Origin: Octopus vulgaris
Lineage: Eukaryota
Length of the DNA stretch: 64,000 nucleotides
Assembly (NCBI GenBank): GCA_951406725.2
Contig: OX597828.1
Coordinates: forward strand, 7,626,001 to 7,690,000
Reading direction: 5' to 3'
Translations under genes and position numbers: made by a program
The notes under the pieces: model-generated
Database searches by the model: none
Told to the model about the DNA's origin: nothing
What the model saw: only the letters and a program-made list of their open reading frames with translations
Shown: positions 53,161 to 64,000 of the stretch, piece after piece
Layout: the number at the start of each line of letters is the position of its first letter
Position numbering within the stretch: position 1 is the stretch's first letter

Positions 53161-54005
53161 TATATATATATATATGTGAAGTGAAAAAATGTATTGCAAA
53201 TAAACAAACTACAGGTAAAAAATGTATATCGTATACTGAATGTACAACTGGACGGGAGACCGACACAGAAGGTCCCTAATTCTTCGTTAGTTATCAACCA
53301 GCTGGTATTATTCAGTTTCGCACCATTAATGTTAAGACAGAACTTCCCATGCTGATGATGTCCGCGAAAGTTGCGGAGAATATTGGGCCGAGGGCAAACA
53401 AAACAGTACAGTGTGGACATACGGAAGTGAATAAATGTAATTTAAGACGATGGATAAAAACGAAATAAATGAGAAACGAGCAAAATATAGCCTTAGGGCC
53501 AAAATGACAAGAATGGTGGGTAATGCCGAGAAGGCATCCTAAAGGATTAGGAAACAACAAATAGCAAGATATGCGCCAGTGGGACAAAGAGAATTTAGGA
53601 CCGGTCATCTATGCGACCGGTGTGAAAAGGGAAGAGAAAGAAAGGCTGGTCACGGGTCTCGTGCCAGCAGAAGGAAGAATAGAAAGAGGGCAACATAGAG
53701 AGAGAGAGAGAGAGAGAGAGAGAGCGTGACAGAGAGAAAACAAGGGAAGGGATGAAGGGGGAAAAGGAGAAAGGAGATAAGCTAGAAATAGAAATAAGAA
53801 GGCGAGAGAGAAATAAGAAAAGGAGAAAAAAGAAAAGGAGAAAGAGTGAAGGCTAGAAATGGAGTCCCACGGATATATATATAACTCACTACTGTTAATA
53901 AAAGCCGGGATGCGTTGCTTTCCATTATTTAATAAATGAAAAAAATTATGGTAAATAAACAAATGACAGGTAACAAACATAACGTATACTGAGTGTTCAA
54001 CCAGA

Positions 54006-54046
<41 letters not shown>

Positions 54047-54718
54047 CTAGTCTTTCTCATTCGCAAAATGAACCCCCCCCCCCTTAATTTTACTCAGATT
54101 GCTTTCAATTTTGGTGTATCGATGCAACTCTAAATTTTGATTACAATCAACCAATTATTTTATCTCGCAAATTAAAGAATCTGATGTTATTTGCAATTAA
54201 AGATGGGAAATTTGGGTAATTTTGGCCAATCAACAAACAGCGTGGCATTAGCAGTTTGTTACTATGACAACCGCACACTGTGTGGTGGTTCACTGTTGTC
54301 TGTGCCACTGCTGTGTATGTTGATTTTTCACGTTTAGTGAAAAATCAACATATTTTTCATTTCATATATTTTTGGGACTCATTGACTCAGAGAGCTGGAT
54401 TTATGATTTCACTAGGTTAATACTATTCATAAAAATTTTAATTAGGAGTATTTCTTAAACCGTTAGCTTCACATTTCAACAGCCTAACTGAAATTTAGCA
54501 CACGTAACAGGAACTGAGAGGGATATCATGGAACAGAGAAACTGGGGTGATACAGATAATTTGACATTATTTTTGAATTCTGCATGAAAAATCATATGAT
54601 ACAAGCATTCATTTCCTTGAGACAAATTCTTTGTTGACCAGTGTTATTCTTATCGTAGTTTACAAATCCATACATGAAAACATTACTCAAATTTGGAGAT
54701 GTGGAGACAGACGCACCT

Positions 54719-54809
<91 letters not shown>

Positions 54810-55039
54810 CAGGGCACGACCTTAATGTTGACACCGCTCCGTTACGCTAAATGCAGAAAATTTCTGTCTTGCCATTGACTGAAAATAGTCAGTTTTTTCG
54901 ATTTTTAAACCTCTGTAACATTTTTCTCCAATTTTATTCTCCACAACATCATATCTTCAAAGTAATGAAACTGGAAGGCTACATTATTATAGCCGATTTT
55001 CAGATTTTTTACTTCCTTTAAAAAGATGCATATTTTCCG

Positions 55040-55345
55040 AATGAAAAGTACTAAGTCCTGTGTAAGTGTGTGCCACCGCTGCGCAAAAAGCTCTTTTGCC
55101 GACGTGCCAGTTCCACGTGAAACGTTCCTACCTGGTGCTACGTCAAGGGTACCGAGCCCATTCTGGAAATTGATTGACGTTGGGAAGGATATCCGGACGT
55201 AGAAACCATGCCAAAGCAGACAACAGGCAACTGGGTAGCTCACTGGGTGGCCAGCTCTTCTCAAACCGTCTTATTCGTGCCACCATGGAAAAGACATGTT
55301 AATTGATGATGAAGCTGATGATGATGAGGATGATGATGATGGTGA

Positions 55346-55350
<5 letters not shown>
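55040..55350 (+). mobile_element. Retroposon 3' end with (GAT)n tail, RTE-type
   Basis: ...tgccaccatggaaaagacatgttaattgatgatga... ending in a GAT repeat. Confidence 0.5.
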
Positions 55351-55401
<51 letters not shown>

Positions 55402-55519
55402 ATGCGTATGTATAAATATTCCTTCTCATAAGGGCCGGTTTCCCGGTTTCAGTGGAGTAGAAGTTCCCCACCAGGATGGAACGCCGGTCCGTAGCAGGAT
55501 TACTAATTTTTGCCATCTG

Positions 55520-55649
55520 AGTGGATTGTGGTAAATAACTTGCATACCAGCCACATGGTTTTGGGTTCAGTCCCACTGCGAGCTACTATAGCCTCGGGCC
55601 GACCAAAGCCTTGTGAGTGGATTTGGTAGATTGAAACTGAAAGCCTGTC

Positions 55650-55744
<95 letters not shown>

Positions 55745-55935
55745 TGTTCCCCAACATCGCTTCACAACCGATGCTGGTGTATTTACGTCCCCTTCACTTA
55801 GCGGTTCGGCAAGATATCCCGATAGAAGTACTAGGCTTATAACGAATAAGTCCTGGGGTGGATTTGCTCGACAAAAGGCGGAGCTCCTGCATGGCCGCAG
55901 TCAAATGACTGAAACAAATAGAAGCATAAAAGAAT
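55520..55935 (+). mobile_element. SINE-A copy
   Basis: Body, microsatellite and tail present, with a small deletion after the B-box. Confidence 0.88.
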
Positions 55936-56468
55936 ATATATATATATATATATATATACAATTTTTTAAGAAGTTGAAAGGTATGTGAGAAATGGAAGAC
56001 AGGCTAAGTTATGAAAAACTAGATCTTTATTAATTAATCTCATTGAAAAAAAAAAAAAGAAAGAAACCGTGTAGTTTACCTCACTTCCATATTTTACAGT
56101 CTATTTAATGGAGCTGGGAGGTGAAGAGGTGAAATATTACGGTTGAAATGCGAATTGCAATCTTAAATTCGGTCATTATTTTGTCTTTTTTCTTACGCTA
56201 CTGAATAATCTACAGACATTCATATGGTATCTTTTAGTGTATCTAGAGGAATATCGGTAAGTATAAGTGATCATAGGTGTGTGCTAGAGTGTGCATTTAA
56301 GTGTGTACTTGTGCCTCAATTATCCTGATTTTATTAACGTATCTTGTGAATGCTTCTAGCATTTACGTATGTGCGTATGCGTGTGTATGTGTACGGGGAG
56401 AACAAATTCCTTTTTTATTATATGTGTGAACACACTCCTGTTCCCATATGTGTGTGTGCGTATATATG

Positions 56469-56528
<60 letters not shown>

Positions 56529-56566
56529 TGTATGCATGTACGTATGTATATGCATGTATGTACGCA

Positions 56567-56610
<44 letters not shown>

Positions 56611-56864
56611 GTATGTGTATGTATTTTTGTATGTATTTTTGTATGTATGTATGTATGTATGTATGTATATATTGGTGTGTGCTTAAAATTTTCTGTTGTA
56701 TGCAATTTTATGTGTGCTTATATACAAGCTAACACAAGCGTATATGTTTATGCGTGTATATAAACATTGGTTAAATTGATTAGGGTTTCTGATGAACGCC
56801 CATTCTACTTCCGGTTGGTTTCATTTTATTAATTCAGAAAGAAAGAAAGATAAAGGCTGCTGTA

Positions 56865-57160
56865 GAAGATGATGGGCGTTTAGGATGGTGATGCTGATCA
56901 CGTTGATGATGGTGATGATATGACACGAACACAAGGCATTCGAACCATGAGAGGCTAGTGACCACGCTGGGACTCCTCTCCTTAGCTCAATAACGAAGGT
57001 TCGCGGTGGCGGTGGTGGTGGTGTATATAGAGTGGTGTTAGTAGTAAAGATGGTGTTTGTGTGTGGGAGGTTGTGTTAGGAGTGGTGTGGTGCATGAGTT
57101 GATACTGAAGGCGGTGCTGCTGATTGTTGATAGTGGTGCAGGGGTTAATACTAGAGGTAT

Positions 57161-57206
<46 letters not shown>

Positions 57207-57540
57207 GGTGGTGGTGGTGAAGCTGACGATGATGATGGCGATGATTGTGACAATGATGATGACGGTGATAATGTTGCCGATGGTGATGATGATGATGATG
57301 ATGATAACTATGATGATGACGACGATGATGATGGTGATAATGATGCCGATGTTGCTGATGGTGATGATGATGATGCCGACGATGACGACGACGACGACGA
57401 TGATGAGGCTGATAATGATGCCGATAATGCTGATTGATGGTGATGATGATAAAGTCCACGACGACGGTGACAACGATGATGATGTTGATAGTGGTGGTAG
57501 TGGTAGCGGCGGCGGTAGTGGTAGTCTCGAGATGGTGAGG
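56865..57540. repeat. Degenerate (GAT/GGT/GAC)n trinucleotide tract
   Basis: Directly visible. Confidence 0.92.
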
Positions 57541-58091
57541 TCGATGTTGATAGGCGAGAACACAGTTCTTAATGTTCAGAGAACATCACATCTCTGAAAC
57601 AGCAGCAACGGTTGGACGAACGAATGTGTTCTGTTTTCAGATGTATTCAGTTTCGTTCCTCTCCGACTTCAGTTCGACCCCAACCCTAATCCACTTTGCC
57701 TTTTTTATCTCATCCCTCCTGAGTTAATAAAATTAGTACCAGTCACATGGTCGACCAAATATTTATCTCCTCTTCAAATGTTTGGCTTGGTGCCAAAGTA
57801 GGAGATCGTAATTTAGGGATCTCATAAAGTCTTTATCTCACGAAGAGGTCGGTAAAAAAACGGAATTAATAAGTATCGTATGATTAGAACAGGAAATAAA
57901 TAAACTGTGCCAATATTAAGCAAAGGAGCTATAAAAATGTTCGTTGACCCTTAAACTTCACTTCCGGTTCGCGAACAATGAAGGTGATATTTTCTCTTCA
58001 AATATGACTGACTGTACGTAACGTTTAAACTGATTACTTAGTCTCAACACACACACACACATACACACACAGACACACGCAAAATCTAATC

Positions 58092-58317
58092 AGTCTTTTA
58101 CTTGTTTCAGTCATTTGACTGCGGCCATGCAGGAGCACTACCTTGACCTATTTTAGTCGAAAAAATCGACCTCACGACTTATTTTTAAAGCTTTGTACTT
58201 ATTCCATCGGTCTCTTTTTGCCGAACTTCTAGGCTACGTAAACGCACCAACGCCGATTGTCAAGCGGTGATTGGTGGGGTGGGGGACAAACACAGACACA
58301 GACACACACATAGGTAT

Positions 58318-58350
<33 letters not shown>

Positions 58351-58397
58351 TATACAGACACACACACACACACACATATATATACATACATACATAC

Positions 58398-58444
<47 letters not shown>

Positions 58445-58550
58445 ACAGGCTTCTTTCAGTTTCCGTCTATCAAATCCACTTAAAAGGATTTGGTTGACTC
58501 GAGGCTACAATAGAAGACAAGAACCATGTAGTTGGAAGAAAGCTTTTTAA
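58092..58550 (-). mobile_element. SINE-A copy
   Basis: Reverse-complement tail, body and expanded microsatellite. Confidence 0.85.
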
Positions 58551-59129
58551 CCCTATTTACACAACAACGTCACGTTTTCTTTTTGCCCCCTATAGACCCC
58601 TTTGATTCATGTTTTACTCAGATGGACCCTCTTAGTTGGTCGATGATTAAAAAAATCATACATTTTCATAATTAGATGTTATTTAGAATTGTATTAAAAG
58701 ATTGCTAAATAATTTGTGAATTCTTGAAGTATAGCAATTGTTTTGACTCGTTTCAGTCATTAAACTGCGGCCATGCTGGGGCAAATTTTGACAACGAAAT
58801 CTCACATGGACTCCAGAGGGTCAAATATCCCCCGGCTGAGAACCACTGATCTAACTGGTCAATTAATCACATCTACACCATATCGTATTCTTTCCTTTTA
58901 AAAAGGAGATAATAATATCCTGATTGTTCATTGCCCCCCCCCCCCACAAAGACGTGATGGTTACTGGTGGAAAATGTTTGATTATAGAGCAGCTCAATGA
59001 ATGGTCTGCATGAGTTTACAGGGCTACAACTGCAATTTAAAATAAAGACAATTATAAAAAAACAAAAACAATAAAATCAACAAGAATAGATAGGACACAA
59101 AAGCACTGATCAAAGTTGTAAGTTATAAA

Positions 59130-59508
59130 CTCTTTACTCTTTTACTTGTTTCAGTCATTTGACTGTGGCCATGCTGGAGCACTGCTTTTAGTTGAGTAAA
59201 TCGACCCCGGTACTTATTCTATCGGTCTCTCTTGCCGAACCGCTAAGTTACGGGGACGTAAACACACCAGCATCGGTTGTCAAGCGATGGTGGGGGGGGG
59301 ACAAACAAAGACAAACACACATACAATATATATATACATATATACGACGGGCTTCTTTCAGTTTCCGTTCACCAAATCCACTCACAAGGCTTTGGTCGGG
59401 CCGAGGCTATAGTAGAAGACACTTGCCCAAGGTGCCACGCAGTGGGACTGAACTCGGAACCATGTGGTTCGTAAGCAAGCTACTTACCCCACAGCCGCTC
59501 CTACGCCT
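59130..59508 (-). mobile_element. SINE-A copy with an internal deletion between the two agaataagt repeats
   Basis: Complete head ...cagccgctcctacgcc. Confidence 0.9.
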
Positions 59509-59779
59509 ATATGATTGCTTCACAATATAATTGCTAGAGTTTTTCTGCTTACAGGTTTCGAAATATGCGGAACTGCGGTATTCATACGTTTCCATAAAGA
59601 ATATATATAAGTGATTCTTAAAATTCCCCAAATCACTCTTTTCGTAATTCATATTGTCGGGTTTACTAACATATTCTGAATGGAATTTCATTGACAGAAA
59701 CTGGACAGAAAATCATGGTACGTTTATTATCTCCCCTTCTTCCTAGCTCTCCTGTGTGACCCTTCTGTCCGCTATTCGC

Positions 59780-59950
59780 CATGATAGATCGCTAGCGACT
59801 ACACGTTCTTTATTTTCTCTCCTTGTTTCTTTCTGTGTTCCTTTCTGTGGAAGAGCGTAGACTCGAAACGTTAAAGACTTTTCCACTTCCCGAGAATTAA
59901 ACTAATACATCTGTTTCTTCTCTACACCACCTGTCTTCGTCTTTTGCTTA
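59780..59950 (+). mobile_element. Solo PLE terminal unit with variant hammerhead (59841-59876)
   Basis: cttt-CTGTGGA-a-gagc(gtag)actc-GAAA-cg-TT-aaag. Homologous to 46068-46255. Confidence 0.72.
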
Positions 59951-60631
59951 CATATAAGAGAACAAAGTGTACGTAGGGGCTGGCCACATTGGAGCAATCT
60001 CAAGATTAATCAGCCGAAATTACGAGGATGATTTGGTTCTTGACTGAAAGCTTCGAACGACCTGTCCTTGTTTTCTTTATATCGTCTATTTAGATGTTTT
60101 GTTGTCCCTTTTTGTATCACTTAGTTGTCCGGATGTTTTGCGTTCTTGTCCCATTTTGTATTTTATATACATATACGTGTGTGTGTGTCCCATTACATTT
60201 CAATGTGTGTGTGCTCACGCGCGCGCGTGTGACTGTATGTGTGTATATTTTTATGTATGACTGTGTGCTGTGTGTGTTGTTTCACTTTGCCCGGTTACTT
60301 ATTGGTCTGAGTGGCATTATACATATGAGTAATAAAAAAAGAACCACTCTGAAATAAGTGCTGCGGTCGATAAGACCGACAGAACCTCTTAAAGGCGCGT
60401 CCCATAATGGCTAAACAATGAGTGATACCTATAAAAGAATCGAAGAACAATGCTTCACATTCCTTCCATACACAGTAATGCGAATATTTTATATTCCGGA
60501 TTCTAGAAAAGGGTCTTTGCTCAAATGGCTTAGTAAATGGGGATGTGTTGATGCAATTTTACGTATTTTACAGCTAATGTTTTATTTCGAAAGTAAAATT
60601 CAATATTTCTACTAATGTGCAAGGATTCGGG

Positions 60632-60701
<70 letters not shown>

Positions 60702-60920
60702 AAAGAGAGAGAGATGTAAAATAAAATTGTTATTCATGTGATTCCAAAGAGTATTAGCTATGTAAATAGTTTGATTTTGATTTATATGGATATCGAAACC
60801 GTATCGTGGACGTTCATTTATGACTTTCCGTTCATGTATTTTATTCAGCCAAGACTGATTTCTATTATGTACACTGTTTACATTAGTTCAGCTGGTGTAC
60901 TCATCTTGGTGGTTGCCTTC

Positions 60921-60960
60921 ACTACGTTTCGGCTGTTGTACGTTCCAGCCTTCTTCAGGT
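60921..60960 (-). ncRNA. Minimal hammerhead motif
   Basis: Reverse strand: ac-CTGAAGA-a-ggctg(gaacgtacaa)cagcc-GAAA-cg-TA-gt. Core and stem II intact, stem I only 2 bp. Confidence 0.65.
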
Positions 60961-61387
60961 CTCTTGAGATAAATCTTTGTGCCCTGCTTCAAATTGAACT
61001 CAGAGCCTCTAGATGACCGCACTTCATTAACCAACGTCTGTATCTACTAATCCTCTAAATATAAATTCTTCCTCTCAGAAATATAGAATTGCATTACTTA
61101 TTTCTATGTAAACCAGTACACATTTGCCTGGAAAGGTATTTAGTAGAAACATTGCGAAGTGAAATTGAAACTTCCATACAAACTTGCTCATCCAACACTT
61201 ATCTATAAACTAAGATATTTACTGATTCAGTATTAATTTCAATAACGCGTGTAAAGATTGTTCGTAAGTCTTATTATAACAAGACAAAGAAAAAAAGAGA
61301 AGAGAAAAACAAGCAAAAGAATAAAAAATGCTGTATAGTGCAGCAGGGCAGATTGAGAACGTACCAGAAGGTAGTAACCTTTAAGGA

Positions 61388-61474
<87 letters not shown>

Positions 61475-62533
61475 TGTGACAGTAAAAATGGTATAAAAAA
61501 ATAAAGAAATGAATAAAGAACTAAAGAATATTTGGAGAAGATTGTATCAATAGATTTGGAGAGAGGGTGGCAGATATTAAAAGAAAATACTAGAAAATAA
61601 ATTGTAGAGAATTTGGACGAGTAAATTATTTAGCAGATGCGGTGGAGCGTTTTGTGTGAAAGCAAAACAATTTTGAGAAAGACGATTACTGTTCTGGAAT
61701 TATCCAAACTGAATGAACTACCCCATTTTGAATTGGGGCCAACGAAATTTCCCTAGTCAGGTCTGTTCAAGTATATTCATTGGTGATTCATATTATACGA
61801 AGAAGAAAAATGACAAGAACAATAATTAAAAAAAAAAAAGAAAAAAGAAAAAATGTGTTGTTGATGTAGGTCATCATTCTTCTATTATATTTTCCCTTTT
61901 GCAATGCCAAATTCCTGTCTTAGAGATTCATAGAGAGTAAAAGAGAGGAAAAACATGCATAATATTCCACCCAAAGACATTTTGGCGCCATCGTTAGTAC
62001 AGAAATGGTCATATCATAGTTTCTGGTACTGTCAGCGTTTGAATTTGTTGTTGTGATGTAGTTGTTGTTATTATAGTTGTTGTTGTTGTTGTTGATGGTG
62101 GTGTTTATGTTGTTGCTGTTGAGAATTCTTGTTATTGTTGTTGTAATTGTTGTTATTGTTGCTAGCAGAATAAAACTAAGCTGAAACTGAAAACTGTAAA
62201 TTCAGCAACAACATGGAGCTTCCTAGAATGATAGAGCAGTGACCTTTTAAAAAGGTCACGAACGAAGATGGATTTTTTTTCTTTTCTTTTAAAAAAAGAA
62301 GACAACTAGAAAAAGTATATATATATATATTAAAAAAAAAACAGAAATAGATGCAAAATTGTCCCTGAATTTAGAAGTACACAAGGTGTGTTCTGAAGGT
62401 TGTACATAGCTTAGCTGTAGGAGTTTTATTACACACACTTGAACACACACAGATAGACCAACACAGCCACATATTTTCCTAAAAATATATATATACGTAC
62501 ATACATACATACATACATACATACATACATACA

Positions 62534-62564
<31 letters not shown>

Positions 62565-62672
62565 GTATACACACATACACACAGATAAGCACACATATAC
62601 ATATATAATGTACATACATCTATCTATCTTTGTCCCGTCTGTGTGCAGCCCTATGTGGCTAATAAAGAAACA

Positions 62673-62757
<85 letters not shown>

Positions 62758-62827
62758 GTCTCTCTATCTGTCTCCCTGTCTCCCTGTCTGTCTGTCTGCC
62801 TTAATATATGTCTGTGTGTGATATGTG

Positions 62828-63149
62828 TGTGGGTGTGTAGCTATGTGGTAAGAAGTATGCTTCCCAACGACATGGTTCCGGGTTCAGTCCCATTGCGTGG
62901 CACCTTGTCTTTTGCGTGGATTTTGGTGGTCGGAAGCTGAAAGATGCTCGTCGAATATATATACATATATGTATATGCTTGTGCGTCTGTGTTTACGTCC
63001 CCTTGACATGGAGTTTCGACAAAAGGGGCCAGTAGAAAAAGTACTAGGCTTACTAAGAATAAGTCCCGGGGCCAATTTTTCGACTATAAACGGTACTCCA
63101 GCAAGGCCGCTGTCAAATGACTGAAGCAAATAACAGAAAAATAAAAGAA

Positions 63150-63226
<77 letters not shown>

Positions 63227-63227
63227 G

Positions 63228-63266
<39 letters not shown>

Positions 63267-63453
63267 TTCTTTTATTCTTTCACTTGTTTCAGTCATTTGA
63301 CTGCGGCCTTGATGGAGTACCGTCTTTAGTCGAACAAATCGGCTCCGGGACTTAATCTATCGGTCTCTTTTGCTGAATCGCTAAGTTATGGGGACGTAAA
63401 CACACCAACATTGGTTGTCACGCAATGATGGGGAGGGGACAAACACAGGCACC

Positions 63454-63505
<52 letters not shown>

Positions 63506-63660
63506 CAATGGGCTTCTTTCAGTTTCCGTCTACCAAATCGACTCAGAAGGCTTTGGTCGGCCCGAGGCTATTGTAGAATATATTTGCCCAAGGTGCCACA
63601 AAGTCGGACTGAATACAGAACTATGTGGTTGGTAAGCAAGCTACCTACCATACAGCCACT
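62828..63660. mobile_element. Tail-to-tail SINE-A pair (62828-63150 on +, 63266-63660 on -)
   Basis: Two independently diverged copies separated by about 115 bp of (TG)/(TA) repeat. Confidence 0.85.
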
Positions 63661-63799
63661 TATGTGCAATATTTTTAGACTAATGAGTATATGTCGATTA
63701 GTGAGTTAAAGTGTTGAGTAAAGCACTGGCATAGTATATATGTAAAAGGATATAGCATTTTGCGAGTGGAATGAGTTTTTCATCACCAGCCAGTGATTA

Positions 63800-63842
63800 A
63801 CACACCCTGAAGACGGGTAACCACTCAGAAACTCGGGTGTGT
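63800..63842 (+). ncRNA. Hammerhead-like motif with imperfect cleavage triplet
   Basis: acacacc-CTGAAGA-c-gggt(aacc)actc-a-GAAA-ctcg-ggtgtgt; 7-bp stem I. Confidence 0.5.
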
Positions 63843-64000
63843 GTGTATCATGTAAGGCTAGAGATGGCAGTGATGACATCACTCGCAAATACTAATCGGA
63901 CACAGACTCTCTGCCGTTGGCCAGCTGAAGAAGATGTCTTCCTGGGGCTAAAAACAACAGTAATACCGTCCTCTATAGGGCCGCCACATTTAGTTGGCAA

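Noticed and set aside
53345-53385. ctgatga...gaaa motif
   Set aside because: No stem II between the cores; gaaa lies in a hairpin loop.
56982-57597. Poly-Asp, poly-Met, poly-His and poly-Ile ORFs (possible acidic biomineral protein)
   Set aside because: Open in most frames because of (GAT)n; no unique domain or splice support.
59192-59530. Recurrent ORFs containing RLPNPLTRLWSARGYSRRHLPKVPRSGTEP
   Set aside because: Antisense translations of SINE-A, not a gene family.

Overview
This is AT-rich eukaryotic, repeat-saturated DNA. The SINE families and dense (TA)/(CA)/(TACA)/(GAT) microsatellites look like a coleoid cephalopod, probably Octopus (recognised from memory, not searched). I found no convincing host protein-coding exon; nearly all listed ORFs are microsatellite or SINE read-through. 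The window holds about 20 copies of one tRNA-derived SINE with an internal microsatellite (called SINE-A here), about 15 copies of a second (SINE-B, two alternative tails), and decayed remnants of mariner, DD37D/maT, hAT-MITE, Helitron, Ty3/Gypsy, Tx1/L1-like, R4/Dong-like and Penelope-like (PLE) elements. The most notable signals are: (1) about a dozen minimal type-I hammerhead ribozyme motifs from several PLE-type terminal repeats, including two inverted-repeat pairs and a recurrent non-canonical CUGUNGA core; (2) an internally deleted, in-frame Tx1-like LINE nested in a SINE-A tail, whose 3' end matches the SINE-B tail; (3) a near-perfect foldback palindrome centred at 35907. Coordinates were read by eye; boundaries of degenerate elements are approximate.
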